Shown in pieces: positions 1 to 11,016 of a DNA stretch of 64,000 nucleotides. This DNA is from an uncultured Bacillota bacterium (lineage in GTDB: Bacteria > Sysuimicrobiota > Sysuimicrobiia > Sysuimicrobiales > Segetimicrobiaceae). The stretch is from positions 1-64,000 of the forward strand of contig CAWDRG010000018.1 of the NCBI GenBank assembly GCA_963804645.1. Reading direction: 5' to 3'. Numbering within the stretch: position 1 is the stretch's first letter; the number at the start of each line of letters is the position of its first letter. The position numbers were made by a program, and so were the translations under genes. The notes beneath the pieces were generated by a model. It saw only the letters and a program-made list of their open reading frames with translations, was not told the DNA's origin and searched no databases.

Positions 1-795
1 GGTGGGGCGTTGGAAGCGAACGCGACGTTCAGCTCCGCGCGGAACGTGACCCTGGGTGGTGGGGCGGTTCAGCCGGACGGCGGGGCGACGCTGACGCTGT
101 CGGGCGTGCTGAGCGGAGCGGGCGGCCTGACGCTCAACGGCGCCGGAACTCTAGTAGTGAGCGGCGTGAACACGTTTACGGGTGGGGCCACCGTAACAGC
201 GGGTACCCTGAGCGTGAGTGCCGACACCAACTTCGGGAATGCGGCGAATACCATCACGCTGAACGGCGGGACGCTGGTGAGCACCGCCACCTTCGGCTCG
301 GCCCGGAACGTCACGCTGGGCGGCGGGGTATTCGGTCCGAACGCGGCGACGACGTTGACGCTGTCGGGCGTGTTGAGCGGGGCGGGGGGCTTGACGCTGA
401 CCGGGACCGGGACCCTGGCCCTCAGCGGGGTGAACACGTTCACGGGTGGCGATACGATCACCACTGGCACGCTCAGTGTCGGGGCCGACACCAACCTCGG
501 CAATGTCGCGAACGCCGTGACGCTGAATGGCGGGACGCTCGCGACGACGGGGGCGTTCACGTCGGCCCGGACGGTGACGGTGAACGCAGGCGGCGGGACG
601 TTCACCCCGAGTGGGGGAACGACGCTGACGCTGTCGGGGACGCTGACCGGGACCGGACCGCTCGCGCTGACCGGCGCGGGCCTGCTGCTGTTGACGGGGA
701 CGGCGAGTGGGGCGACGGGGACGTTCACGGTGACGAACGGCACGCTGGAAGTCGGCAGCGCCGCCACCCGGGGGCCACGTACGGCGGGAACGTGA
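1..795 (+). CDS. Giant autotransporter 1, upstream part of the passenger (gene starts before the window; continuous with 792..10547 across a -1 frameshift at ~767-770)
   Basis: Open frame from base 1 made of passenger-associated repeats (GAGTLxLSGxNTFTGG). It ends GSAATRGP* where paralogous modules read GSAAT(T/P)GxTYGG (e.g. 4141-4180); one base is missing in the CCC/GGGGG run. Confidence 0.85.
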   Translation, partial: GGALEANATFSSARNVTLGGGAVQPDGGATLTLSGVLSGAGGLTLNGAGTLVVSGVNTFTGGATVTAGTLSVSADTNFGNAANTITLNGGTLVSTATFGSARNVTLGGGVFGPNAATTLTLSGVLSGAGGLTLTGTGTLALSGVNTFTGGDTITTGTLSVGADTNLGNVANAVTLNGGTLATTGAFTSARTVTVNAGGGTFTPSGGTTLTLSGTLTGTGPLALTGAGLLLLTGTASGATGTFTVTNGTLEVGSAATRGPRTAGT

Positions 796-3700
796 CGGTG
801 CAGGCAGGCGGGACGCTCGCGGGCCACGGGACGGTGAGCGGGACGGTCACGAACGGCGGCACGGTGGCGCCGGGCGGGACGATCGGGACGCTGACGGTGA
901 CGGGGAACTACACGCAGGGAGCGGGCGACGCGCTGGCGATTGAAGCCAACCCGACGATAGCGAGCGAGCTGGTGATCGCCGGGTCGGCGTCACTCGCGGG
1001 CACGCTCGCGCTGACATTCGATGCGGGAGCATATCTCGCGGGCACGCAGTACACGGTCCTGACGGCGGCGGGCGGGGTCTCGGGGACGTTCGGGACGCTG
1101 ACGCAGGGTGGGGTGAGCATCGGCCTGCTGACCCCGGAGCTGACCTACCAGGCGAACGCGGTCGAGGTGATGCTCGAGCCGGGGGCGTGTTCGGGGCCGG
1201 ATCCGCTGGATTGCGAGGTACCGACGGGCGGGACGCTGCCGTGGCCGACGCAGATCACGGCGACGACGTTGGACCTGAACACGCAGAGCCCGAACAGCGG
1301 GACGATGGTGCTCACGGCCGGGAACAACCAGCAGATGACCACGAACGTGATCGCGGGGACGCTGAGCGTGAGCGCGGCGGGGAACCTGGGCGCGGCGCTG
1401 GGGGCATTGACGCTGGGCGGGACGCAGGCGGGCGGCGGGGCGGCGAACGGCACGCTGTCAATGACGACGGGCCTCGCGTGGGCGGGGAGCGTCACGACGG
1501 CGGGCGCGGGCGGGACGCTGCTGGTGGGCAACGGGCAGGCGAGCACGCTGTCGGGGAATGTCGCGGACGCGGCGGGGCTGACGGTCGGGGACGGCGGGGA
1601 CGCCGGGACGCTGACGCTGTCGGGGATCGTGAGCGGGGCGGGCGGGGTGACGGTCGGCGGCGGCACGCTCGCCCTCACCGGGACGAACACGTACCAGGGG
1701 GGGACGGTTCTCACCGCCGGGACCCTGGACGTGAGCGCCGACAGCAATCTCGGCAACGCGGCGGGGGGCCTCATCTTCAACGGCGGGACGCTGCTGCTGA
1801 CGGCGGGCACGTTCGGGAGTTCCGCCCGCACGATCGCGTTGGCGGGGACCGGGACGATCAGCGTGGGGCCGTTCACCACCACGTTCTCGGGGGTGATCTC
1901 CGGGGCCGGCATGCTGACGCTGCTGGGTGGGGGTACGACGACGCTCTCCGGGGCGAACACGTTTACGGGCACACTCGCGGTCCTCAATGGGACGCTGAGC
2001 GTCGGCAGTCCGAGTAATTTGGGGGCCGCGTCGGCGACGCTGGCGCTGACGACGGGGACGCTCTTGATCACGGGGGCGGGGTTTGGGACGGCGGCGCAGG
2101 CGATCACGGTGAGCGGGGGGAGCACGCTCAATAACGGCGGGAACGCCGCAGGGTTCTCGGGGATCGTGTCCGGCAGCGGCGGGCTGACGCTGCCGGGCGC
2201 CGGCACGACCACGCTGTCGGGGGTCAACACCTTCACCGGCGGTGTCACCGTGACGGCGGGGACAGTGAGCGTGGGGGCCGATACGAACCTCGGTGATGCG
2301 GCGAATACGCTGACGCTCAGCGGGGGGACGCTGCAGAGCACCGCGACGTTCGCGTCGGCACGAGCGGTGACGCTGGGTGGCGGCACGATCAGCCCGAACG
2401 GCGCGACGACGCTGACGCTGTCCGGCGTGCTCAGTGGCGCGGGCGGGCTGACGCTCAACGGGGCCGGGGCCCTGGTCCTGACCGGGGTCAATACCTTCAC
2501 CGGCGGCGTCACCGTGACGGCCGGGACGCTGAGCGTGAACACGGACACGAACCTGGGCAATGCGGCCAATACCGCGGTGTTGACCGGCGGGACACTGCAG
2601 ACCACGGGCACGTTTGCGTCGGCCCGGAACGTCACGCTGGGCGGCGGGGCGATCAGCCCGAACGCGGCGACGACGCTGACCTTGTCGGGCGTGCTGAGTG
2701 GCGCGGGCGGGCTGACACTCAACGGGGCCGGAACCCTCGTGCTCAGCGGTGTGAACACGTTCACGGGTGGGGCCACCGTGACCGCCGGCACCCTGAGCGT
2801 CGGCGCCGACACCAACCTCGGCAATGGTGCGAACAGTGTGACGCTCAACGGCGGGACGCTGCAGAGCACCGCGACGTTCGCGTCGGCGCGAGCGGTGACG
2901 CTGGGTGGCGGCACGATCAGCCCGAACGCGGCGACGACGCTGACCTTGTCGGGCGTGCTGAGCGGCGCGGGCGGGCTCACGTTCAACGGGGCGGGGACCT
3001 TGGCGCTGTCCGGGGTCAATACATTCACGGGCGGCGTGACGGTGACGACGGGCACCCTGAGCGTCGGCGCGGACGCGAACCTCGGGAACGCCGGGAACAG
3101 TGTGACGTTGAATGCCGGGACGCTGGCGATCGCGAACGCGGGCTTCGGCGCCTCGGCCCGCGCCATCGCCCTCAACGGCGGCGGCACGCTCGACAACGGA
3201 GGCAATACGGTGACGTTCTCGGGGGCGATCTCCGGGGCCGGCGGCCTGACGGTCCAGGGGGCCGGGACGACCGTGCTCTCGGGCGCGAGCACGTACACCG
3301 GTGGGACCACACTGACGGCGGGGACGCTGGACGTTGGTGCGGACGCGAATCTCGGAAACGCTGCGGGGGCGCTGACGCTGGCTGGGGGCACGCTCGAGAG
3401 CACCGCGACCTTCGCCTCGGCCCGGAGCGTCACGCTGGGCGGCGGGGCGATCAGCCCGAACGCGGCGACGACGCTGACGCTGTCGGGAGTGCTGAGCGGT
3501 GGGGCCGGGCTGACGCTCAACGCGCCGGGGACGCTGGCGCTCAGCGGGGTCAATACGTTCACAGGCGGGGTGACGGTCACGGCCGGGACGCTGAGTGTGA
3601 GCGCCGACAGTAACTTCGGGAATGCGGCGAATGCCGTCGCGCTGAACGGCGGGACGCTGGTGAGCACCGCCGCCTTCGGCTCGGCCCGGAACGTCACGCT

Positions 3701-6700
3701 GGGCGGCGGCGTGGTGAGTCCAAGCGCGGCGACGACGCTGACGCTGTCGGGCGTCCTGAGCGGTGGTGGCGGGCTGCTCCTGAACGGCGCCGGCGCGCTC
3801 GTCCTCTCCGACGCCGCCAACAGCTACACGGGCGGGACGACGCTGACGGCGGGGACCCTGAGCGTCGGGGCCGACGGGGACCTCGGGAACGCGGCGAACG
3901 GCGTGACCTTCAACGGTGGCGCGCTCGCGACGACGGGGGCGTTCACGTCGGCACGGACGGTGACGGTGAACGCGGGCGGTGGGACGTTCCTCGCGAGCGG
4001 GGGCACAACGCTGACGCTGTCGGGCACGGTGACCGGGACGGGGGCGCTGGCCGTCGCGGGCGGCGGGACGGTGCTGCTGACCGGCAACGGCAGCGGGGCC
4101 ACGGGGACGTTCACGGTGACCAATGGCACGCTGGAAGTCGGCAGCGCCGCCACCACGGGGGCCACGTACGGCGGGAACGTGACGGTGCAGGCAGGCGGGA
4201 CGCTGGCGGGCCACGGGACGGTGAGCGGGACGGTCGCGAACGGCGGCACGGTGGCGCCGGGCGGGACGATCGGGACGCTCACGGTGTTGGGGAACTACAC
4301 GCAGGGCGCGGGCGACATCCTGGCGATCGAGGCCAACCCGACCATGGCGAGCGAGTTGGTGATCAGCGGGTCGGCGTCGCTCGCGGGCACGCTCGCGCTG
4401 ACGTTCGACGCGGGCGCGTACCTCGCGGGCACGCAGTACACGGTCCTGACGGCGGCCGGCGGGGTGGCCGGCACATTCGGGATGCTGACGGTGGGCGGGG
4501 CAAGTCTCGGCCTCTTGACCGCGGAGCTGAGCTACCAGGCGAATGCGGTGGACGTGACGCTGGAGCCGGGGGCGTGTACGGGACCGGATCCACTGGACTG
4601 CGAGGTGCCGACGGGCGGGACGCTGCCCTGGGCCACGCAGGTTACGGCGACGACGGTGGACCTGAACACCCAGAGCCCCAACAGCGGGACGCTGGTGCTT
4701 ACCGCGGTGAACAACCAGCAGACGACCACGAACGTGATCGCCGGCACACTGAGCGTGAGCGCGGCGGGGAACCTGGGCGCGGCGCTTGGGGCGCTCGTGC
4801 TGGGTGGGACGCAGGCGGGCGGCGGCGCCACCACTGGGACGCTGCTCATGACGACCGGGATCGCGTGGGCCGGGAGCATCACCACCGCGGGGGCGGGCGG
4901 CACCCTGTTGGTGGCGACCGGGCAGGCGAGCGCGCTGTCCGGAACCGTGGCCGACGCGGCGGGCCTCACGGTCGGGAGCGCGGGCGAGACCGGGACCCTG
5001 ACGCTGTCGGGGATCGTGAGCGGGGCGGGCGGCGTCACCGTGAGCGGCGGCACGCTCATCCTCAGCGGGATCAACACGTACACGGGCGGCACCACGCTGA
5101 CCGCCGGGACCCTGCAGGTGGGGAGCGACAGCAACCTCGGTAACGCCGCGGGGGCGGTGGCCATCAATGGGGGCACGCTCGTGAGCACCGCGACGTTCGC
5201 CTCTGCCCGCGCCCTCACGCTCGGTGGCGGGGCGCTCAGCCCGAACGCGGGAACGACGCTGACCCTGTCGGGCGTGCTGAGTGGAGCGGGTGGGCTCATC
5301 CTCAACGGGGCCGGGACCCTCGGACTCTCTAACGCCGGCAACAACTACTCAGGCGGCGTCACGGTGACGGGCGGCACGCTGAGCGTGGGGACGGATGCGA
5401 ACCTCGGGAACGCGGGCAACACCGTGACGCTGAATGCCGGGACGCTCGCAATCAACAACGCAGGGTTCGGGACTTCGGCGCGGACGATCGCGCTCAACGG
5501 CGGGGGGACCCTCAATAACGGTGGGAACGCGGTGACGTTCTCGGGCGTGATCTCCGGGAGCGGGGGCCTGACGGCCGCAGGGGCAGGGACGACGACGCTG
5601 AGCGGGATCAACACGTACACGGGCGGGACGACGATCACCGGCGGCACGCTGAGCGTGGGCAGCGACGACAACCTCGGCGACGCTGCGGGCGGGCTGACGC
5701 TGAACGCGGGGACGCTCGCGATCAACAGCGCGGGGTTCGGGACCTCGGCCCGGACGATCGCGCTGAACGGCGGCGGCACGCTCGAGAACGGCGGCAACGC
5801 GGTGACGTTCTCCGGAGTCGTCTCCGGGAACGGGGGCCTGACGGCCGCGGGCGCGGGGACCACGACGCTGAGCGGGATCAACACGTACACCGGCGGGACG
5901 ACGGTCACTGGCGGCACGCTGAGCGTGGGCAGCGACAATAACCTCGGCAACGCCGCGGGCGGCGTGACGCTGAATGCGGGGACGCTCGCGATCAACAACG
6001 CGGGGTTCGGGACCTCGGCCCGGACGATCGCGCTGAACGGCGGCGGCACGCTCGATAACGGCGGCAACGCGGTGACGTTCTCCGGAGTCGTCTCCGGGAA
6101 CGGGGGCCTGACGGCCGCGGGGGCGGGGCCGACGACGCTGAGCGGGATCAACACGTACACCGGCGGGACGACGGTCGCTGGCGGCACGCTGAGCGTGGGC
6201 AGCGACAATAACCTCGGGAACGCCGCGGGCGGCGTGACGCTGAATGCGGGGACGCTCGCGATCAACAATGCGGGGTTTGGGATCTCGGCGCGGACGATGG
6301 CCCTGAACGGCGGCGGCACGCTCAACAACGGTGGCAACTCCGTGACGTTCTCAGGAGTGATCTCCGGGAACGGCGGCCTGACGGCGGCGGGCGCGGGAAC
6401 CACGACGCTCAGCGGGATCAACACCTACACCGGCGGCACGACGATCGATGGCGGCGCGACGGTCGGTGTGGGTGCCGACGCGGCGCTGGGCGCGGCCGCA
6501 GGTGGCGCGCTATTCAATAATGGAACGCTCGCGACGACGGGGACGTTCACGTCTGGGCGGACGGTGACGGTGGGCGCGGGCGGCGGGACGTTCACGCCGA
6601 GCGGCGGGACGACGCTGACGCTGTCGGGGACGGTGAGCGGGGCGGGGGCGCTCGGGGTGACGGGCCCGGGGACGGTGCTGCTGACGGGGACGGCGAGTGG

Positions 6701-9700
6701 GGCGACGGGAACGGCCGCGGTGGCGAGCGGGACGCTGGCGGTGGGGAGCGCCGCGACGCCGGGGGTGACGTACGGCGGAGCGGTGACGGTCCAGGCGGGC
6801 GGGACACTCGCGGGGTACGGGACGGTCAGTGGGGGTGTGACGAATAACGGGACGGTGAACGCGGGTGGGACCCCGGGGATGATCGGGGCGCTCGCGGTCA
6901 CGGGCAATTACACCCAGGGGGCCGGGGGCACGCTGGGGATCGAAGCAACGCCGGCCACGGCGGACATGCTGACGGTGGGCGGCTCGGCGACGCTTGGGGG
7001 GACGCTGGCCCTGACCTTCGATGCGGGCGCGTACGTGGCGGGGACGCAGTACACGCTGCTGACGGCGGTGGGCGGGGTGTCGGGGACGTTCGGGGCGCTC
7101 ACGCAAGGTGGGGCGAGCATCGGGGCGTTGACGCCGGAACTGACGTATCAGGCGAATGCGGTGAAGCTGACGCTGGCGGCGGGGGTGTGCGTGGGCAACC
7201 CGGTGCTGGACTGTGAGGTGCCGGCGAACAACACGGCGCTGCTGGCGACGCAGGTCACCGCGACGACGCTGGACCTGAACACGCAGAGTCCGAACACGGG
7301 GACGCTGGTACTGAGTGCAGGGAATAACCAGCAGACGAGTACGAACGTGATCGCGGGGACGCTGAGCGTGAGCACGGCGGGGAACCTGGGCGCGGCGCTG
7401 GGGGCGCTGACACTCGGCGGGACGCAGGCGGGCGGCGGAGCAACGACCGGGACGCTGCTGCTGACGGCGGGGCTCACGTGGGCGGGGAGCATCACGACGG
7501 CGGGGACGGGCGGCGCGATCTCGGTGAGCGCGGGCCAGGCGAGCACGCTGTCGGGGGCCGTGACCGACGCGGCGGGCCTCACGGTCGGGGACGCGGTGAA
7601 CACGGGGACGCTGACGCTCTCGGGGGTGGTGAGCGGGGCGGGCGGCGTGACGGTCAGCGGCGGGACGCTGGTGCTGAGTGGGGTGAACACGTACAGCGGC
7701 GGGACGGCGGTGACGGGTGGTGGCACGGTGAGCGTGAGCGCGGACGCGAACCTGGGCAATGCCGCGGGGAGTCTGATGCTCGACAACGGGACGCTCGCGC
7801 TCGCGGGGGCGGGATTCACGTCGGCGCGCGGAGTGACGCTGAACGCGGGCGGCGGGACGGTCAACACGAACGGGTTGACCGGGACGCTGTCGGGCGCGGT
7901 GGGCGGCGTGGGCGCGCTCACAGTGACGGGTGGGGGCACCCTGGTATTGAGTGGAGCGAACATGTACCAGGGCGGCACCACGGTGACGGGCGGCGGCACG
8001 CTGAGCGTAAGTAACGACGGCAACCTGGGTGCTGCGGGGACGGGGCTGACGCTGAACAATGGGAGCCTGGCGCTCGCCGGGGCGGGCTTCACGTCGGCGC
8101 GCGGGATCACGCTCGGCGCGGGCGGCGGGGCGGTCAACACGAACGGCTTTGTCGGGATATTGTCGGGGGTCATCGGGGGGGCCGGCGCGCTCACGGTGAC
8201 GGGCGGCGGCACGCTCACGCTGAGCGGGGCGAATACGTACGGGGGCGGGACGACGGTCGGAGCGGGCACGACGCTGATCGGGGCGACGACGAGCGTGCAG
8301 GGCAATATCGCCAACGCCGGCACGGTCGAGTTCAATCAGGCGGGCGCGGGCACGTACGCCGGGGTGGTGAGCGGCAACGGCACCCTGACGGTCATCGGCG
8401 GCGGCATGCTCACGCTGAGTGGCGCGAACACGTACACCGGCGGGACCACGGTCGCGGCGGGCACGACGCTGATCGGGACGACCACGAGCGTACAGGGCAG
8501 TATTGCCAACGCCGGCACGGTGGAGTTCAACCAAGCGGGGGCGGGCACGTACGACGGGGTGCTGAGCAGCACCGGCGCGCTGACGATCATGGGCGGCGGC
8601 ATGGTCACGCTGAGCGGGACGAACACCTACAGCGGCGGCACCACGGTCACGGGCAGCACGGTGGTGGTCGCGAGCGACGCGAACCTGGGTGCGCCCGCGA
8701 GCACGCTCACCTTGAACAACGGGACGCTGCAGGTGGCGGGGTCCGCCTTCACCTCCGGTCGCCCTCTCATACTGCTTGGGGCCGACCAGATCAACACCGC
8801 GGGGAACACGATGACGCTGTCCGGAACGCTGAGCGGCGCGGGCGCCCTCACCGTGACGGGCGGGGGAACCCTCACCCTCACGGGCGCGAGCACCTACACC
8901 GGCGGCACGACGGTCACTGCGGGAACGCTTGCCATCGGCACCGACGCGACGGGCAGCATCGTCGGCCCCGTGACGGTCAACGCCGGGGGCACGCTGCAGG
9001 GGTACGGGACCATCACCGGGGACGTCATGAACCTCGGCGGGACGGTGATGCCCGGTGGCAGCAACGGGATCGGGACGCTCACGATTACAGGCGCCTACAC
9101 GCAGGGGGCGGGCGGCACGTTCGCCGCCGAAGTGTCGCCCACCGCGGCATCCAAGCTGAGCATCGGCGGGGCGGCCGCGGTGGCGGGAACCCTGAGTCTG
9201 ACGTTCGATCCGGGCGTGTACACAACGGGGCAGTACACGCTGCTGAACGCCGCCGGAGGGCTGAGCGGGACATTCGGCACGGTGGACGCCACCGGCAACC
9301 TGTTCGTGCAGTACACGCTCGGCTACACCGCGGACGCCTTGACGCTGACGATCGGCGACACGTTCAGCTTCAGCGACTTCGCCCAGACGCCGAACCAGAT
9401 CGCGGTGGCGCGGGTGCTCGATGCCGCGTCCCCGACCGCGAGCGGGGACCTGGCGACGGTGCTGACTGCGCTGACCAGCCTGTCAACGGGGAACCAGGTG
9501 CGCGCGGCGCTCGACGCGCTCACCGGGGTGGTGTACACGAATCTCCCGACCGTCACCGCCGAGGACACGTGGTCGGCGATGGACCTGGTCTTCCAGCACC
9601 TGAGCGACGTGCAGAGCGGCACCAGTGCGGCCACGCCGGCGCTGACCGCGTTCGCGCCGGGGCTGGGCGGGCAGGCTGGTCCTGTCACGTGGGCCGGCGC

Positions 9701-10547
9701 CGAACCTGGCGATCCGACGGGATGGCTGACGCCGCTGACCAGCAGCCAGACGCTGCAGGGGACGGCGAACGCGCCGGGGTTCACGAACCAGAGCACGGGA
9801 CTGCTGCTCGGGTACGATTACGTGGCCGGCCCGCGGCTGACGTGGGGGTACGCGGCGGGGACGTGGCAGTCCTCGCTCACCCTGGCCAACGGGAACGGAA
9901 CGGCGGGCATCACCACGGTCGCCGGGGCGGTGTACGGCGGCTACACCGCGGGCGCGTTCGAGGCGCGGGGCCTGATCGGGTATGGGGTGAACAACTTCCA
10001 AACGACCCGGCCGATCAACTTTGGGGATCTGTCCAGGACCGCGACGGCGTCGGGAACGGGGAACGAGATCATGGCCGGGCTCGAGGCCGACTACCGGCTG
10101 CAGGCGGGGGTGCTGACCGTCCGTCCGACGCTGGGTCTCGAATACGTACATCTCACCGAGCCCGCGTTCACGGAGTCGGGGGCCGGCTCGATCGATCTCG
10201 GGGTCAATGCCGTGACGGCGGATTGGCTGCAGGGCCTCGCGGGCGTCCGCCTCGATTACGCGCAGACGACTGCCGCGGGGACACAGATCACGTATACGCT
10301 GCACGCGGAGTACACGACGCTGGCGACGGAGCCGGTTCCGCAGATTCAGACGCTGCTGCTGGGTGCCGCGTCGGCGGGGCCGTTCCTCACGACGGGCATT
10401 ACCGCGGCGCCCAACGCGGTTGGGGCGGGGGCCCGCATCACGCTCCACGCCTCCGACCGTTATGATCTCTACGCCGGCTACGACGCGGCTTGGAGCAGCA
10501 ACGAGACCAACCAGACCTTCAGCGCCGGTCTCCTCATTCACTTCTGA
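792..10547 (+). CDS. Giant type Va autotransporter/adhesin 1 (passenger repeats plus C-terminal beta-barrel)
   Basis: 3251-aa ORF with dozens of GxGTLxLxGxNTYxGG repeats, an AQTPNQIAVA linker, an amphipathic barrel (~9720-10547) and a terminal Phe (FSAGLLIHF). Confidence 0.92.
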   Translation: MTVQAGGTLAGHGTVSGTVTNGGTVAPGGTIGTLTVTGNYTQGAGDALAIEANPTIASELVIAGSASLAGTLALTFDAGAYLAGTQYTVLTAAGGVSGTFGTLTQGGVSIGLLTPELTYQANAVEVMLEPGACSGPDPLDCEVPTGGTLPWPTQITATTLDLNTQSPNSGTMVLTAGNNQQMTTNVIAGTLSVSAAGNLGAALGALTLGGTQAGGGAANGTLSMTTGLAWAGSVTTAGAGGTLLVGNGQASTLSGNVADAAGLTVGDGGDAGTLTLSGIVSGAGGVTVGGGTLALTGTNTYQGGTVLTAGTLDVSADSNLGNAAGGLIFNGGTLLLTAGTFGSSARTIALAGTGTISVGPFTTTFSGVISGAGMLTLLGGGTTTLSGANTFTGTLAVLNGTLSVGSPSNLGAASATLALTTGTLLITGAGFGTAAQAITVSGGSTLNNGGNAAGFSGIVSGSGGLTLPGAGTTTLSGVNTFTGGVTVTAGTVSVGADTNLGDAANTLTLSGGTLQSTATFASARAVTLGGGTISPNGATTLTLSGVLSGAGGLTLNGAGALVLTGVNTFTGGVTVTAGTLSVNTDTNLGNAANTAVLTGGTLQTTGTFASARNVTLGGGAISPNAATTLTLSGVLSGAGGLTLNGAGTLVLSGVNTFTGGATVTAGTLSVGADTNLGNGANSVTLNGGTLQSTATFASARAVTLGGGTISPNAATTLTLSGVLSGAGGLTFNGAGTLALSGVNTFTGGVTVTTGTLSVGADANLGNAGNSVTLNAGTLAIANAGFGASARAIALNGGGTLDNGGNTVTFSGAISGAGGLTVQGAGTTVLSGASTYTGGTTLTAGTLDVGADANLGNAAGALTLAGGTLESTATFASARSVTLGGGAISPNAATTLTLSGVLSGGAGLTLNAPGTLALSGVNTFTGGVTVTAGTLSVSADSNFGNAANAVALNGGTLVSTAAFGSARNVTLGGGVVSPSAATTLTLSGVLSGGGGLLLNGAGALVLSDAANSYTGGTTLTAGTLSVGADGDLGNAANGVTFNGGALATTGAFTSARTVTVNAGGGTFLASGGTTLTLSGTVTGTGALAVAGGGTVLLTGNGSGATGTFTVTNGTLEVGSAATTGATYGGNVTVQAGGTLAGHGTVSGTVANGGTVAPGGTIGTLTVLGNYTQGAGDILAIEANPTMASELVISGSASLAGTLALTFDAGAYLAGTQYTVLTAAGGVAGTFGMLTVGGASLGLLTAELSYQANAVDVTLEPGACTGPDPLDCEVPTGGTLPWATQVTATTVDLNTQSPNSGTLVLTAVNNQQTTTNVIAGTLSVSAAGNLGAALGALVLGGTQAGGGATTGTLLMTTGIAWAGSITTAGAGGTLLVATGQASALSGTVADAAGLTVGSAGETGTLTLSGIVSGAGGVTVSGGTLILSGINTYTGGTTLTAGTLQVGSDSNLGNAAGAVAINGGTLVSTATFASARALTLGGGALSPNAGTTLTLSGVLSGAGGLILNGAGTLGLSNAGNNYSGGVTVTGGTLSVGTDANLGNAGNTVTLNAGTLAINNAGFGTSARTIALNGGGTLNNGGNAVTFSGVISGSGGLTAAGAGTTTLSGINTYTGGTTITGGTLSVGSDDNLGDAAGGLTLNAGTLAINSAGFGTSARTIALNGGGTLENGGNAVTFSGVVSGNGGLTAAGAGTTTLSGINTYTGGTTVTGGTLSVGSDNNLGNAAGGVTLNAGTLAINNAGFGTSARTIALNGGGTLDNGGNAVTFSGVVSGNGGLTAAGAGPTTLSGINTYTGGTTVAGGTLSVGSDNNLGNAAGGVTLNAGTLAINNAGFGISARTMALNGGGTLNNGGNSVTFSGVISGNGGLTAAGAGTTTLSGINTYTGGTTIDGGATVGVGADAALGAAAGGALFNNGTLATTGTFTSGRTVTVGAGGGTFTPSGGTTLTLSGTVSGAGALGVTGPGTVLLTGTASGATGTAAVASGTLAVGSAATPGVTYGGAVTVQAGGTLAGYGTVSGGVTNNGTVNAGGTPGMIGALAVTGNYTQGAGGTLGIEATPATADMLTVGGSATLGGTLALTFDAGAYVAGTQYTLLTAVGGVSGTFGALTQGGASIGALTPELTYQANAVKLTLAAGVCVGNPVLDCEVPANNTALLATQVTATTLDLNTQSPNTGTLVLSAGNNQQTSTNVIAGTLSVSTAGNLGAALGALTLGGTQAGGGATTGTLLLTAGLTWAGSITTAGTGGAISVSAGQASTLSGAVTDAAGLTVGDAVNTGTLTLSGVVSGAGGVTVSGGTLVLSGVNTYSGGTAVTGGGTVSVSADANLGNAAGSLMLDNGTLALAGAGFTSARGVTLNAGGGTVNTNGLTGTLSGAVGGVGALTVTGGGTLVLSGANMYQGGTTVTGGGTLSVSNDGNLGAAGTGLTLNNGSLALAGAGFTSARGITLGAGGGAVNTNGFVGILSGVIGGAGALTVTGGGTLTLSGANTYGGGTTVGAGTTLIGATTSVQGNIANAGTVEFNQAGAGTYAGVVSGNGTLTVIGGGMLTLSGANTYTGGTTVAAGTTLIGTTTSVQGSIANAGTVEFNQAGAGTYDGVLSSTGALTIMGGGMVTLSGTNTYSGGTTVTGSTVVVASDANLGAPASTLTLNNGTLQVAGSAFTSGRPLILLGADQINTAGNTMTLSGTLSGAGALTVTGGGTLTLTGASTYTGGTTVTAGTLAIGTDATGSIVGPVTVNAGGTLQGYGTITGDVMNLGGTVMPGGSNGIGTLTITGAYTQGAGGTFAAEVSPTAASKLSIGGAAAVAGTLSLTFDPGVYTTGQYTLLNAAGGLSGTFGTVDATGNLFVQYTLGYTADALTLTIGDTFSFSDFAQTPNQIAVARVLDAASPTASGDLATVLTALTSLSTGNQVRAALDALTGVVYTNLPTVTAEDTWSAMDLVFQHLSDVQSGTSAATPALTAFAPGLGGQAGPVTWAGAEPGDPTGWLTPLTSSQTLQGTANAPGFTNQSTGLLLGYDYVAGPRLTWGYAAGTWQSSLTLANGNGTAGITTVAGAVYGGYTAGAFEARGLIGYGVNNFQTTRPINFGDLSRTATASGTGNEIMAGLEADYRLQAGVLTVRPTLGLEYVHLTEPAFTESGAGSIDLGVNAVTADWLQGLAGVRLDYAQTTAAGTQITYTLHAEYTTLATEPVPQIQTLLLGAASAGPFLTTGITAAPNAVGAGARITLHASDRYDLYAGYDAAWSSNETNQTFSAGLLIHF
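5350..6430 (+). repeat. Four near-identical 270-bp (90-aa) tandem units inside autotransporter 1
   Basis: TLNAGTLAIN(N/S)AGFG...GINTYTGGTT recurs at 270-bp spacing (~5425, 5695, 5965, 6235). Confidence 0.85.
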
Positions 10548-10940
10548 ACGCCGCGCTTCACCCCCTCATCGAGCGGGCATGTCGGGACAGGTCTCGACCT
10601 GCGCTCGTTCATACCCCGGATCACACCCGCAGTTCACCCTCGATCTACTTCGCACGCTCCGGTGTCACTACACCCTCGTAACCGCCTGCTCGCGTCTCAC
10701 CGTGGGACGGTGCATTCCCACCGATCGGGAACGTCCCGTGCAAGGAATACCGAACAATTGATCGAATCGGTTGGGCCGTATGGCTCAGATGGAGCGCCCG
10801 GGCGCGCATCGGGAGGGTGTGAATCAGGTACCTTTCTACCATACATGCGCGCCCGCACCGTATGATACCGTAACGGGTGCTGACGGTCTCTTTAGGACAG
10901 GTCGGCGGGAGGGATGGGGACTTCCAGATAGCGCCGTGGG

Positions 10941-11016
10941 CACGACAAGAGCAAACCTGGGGTGACCCAGGGACGCAAAGCCGCCGGGCCACGTGGAGCC
11001 AGCGGGGCTGCGGAAG
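10941..11016 (+). ncRNA. GEMM-I cyclic-dinucleotide riboswitch aptamer (c-di-GMP-I family), A20 variant, candidate c-AMP-GMP sensor
   Basis: CACGACAAGA-GCAAACC-TGGG(GTGA)CCCA-GGGACGCAAAGCC-GCCGGGCC...GCCAGCGGGGCTGC matches GEMM-I landmarks (GCAAACC, GNRA-capped P2, GGGACGCAAAG, AGCGGGG receptor side). It lies in the leader of autotransporter 2. Confidence 0.85.
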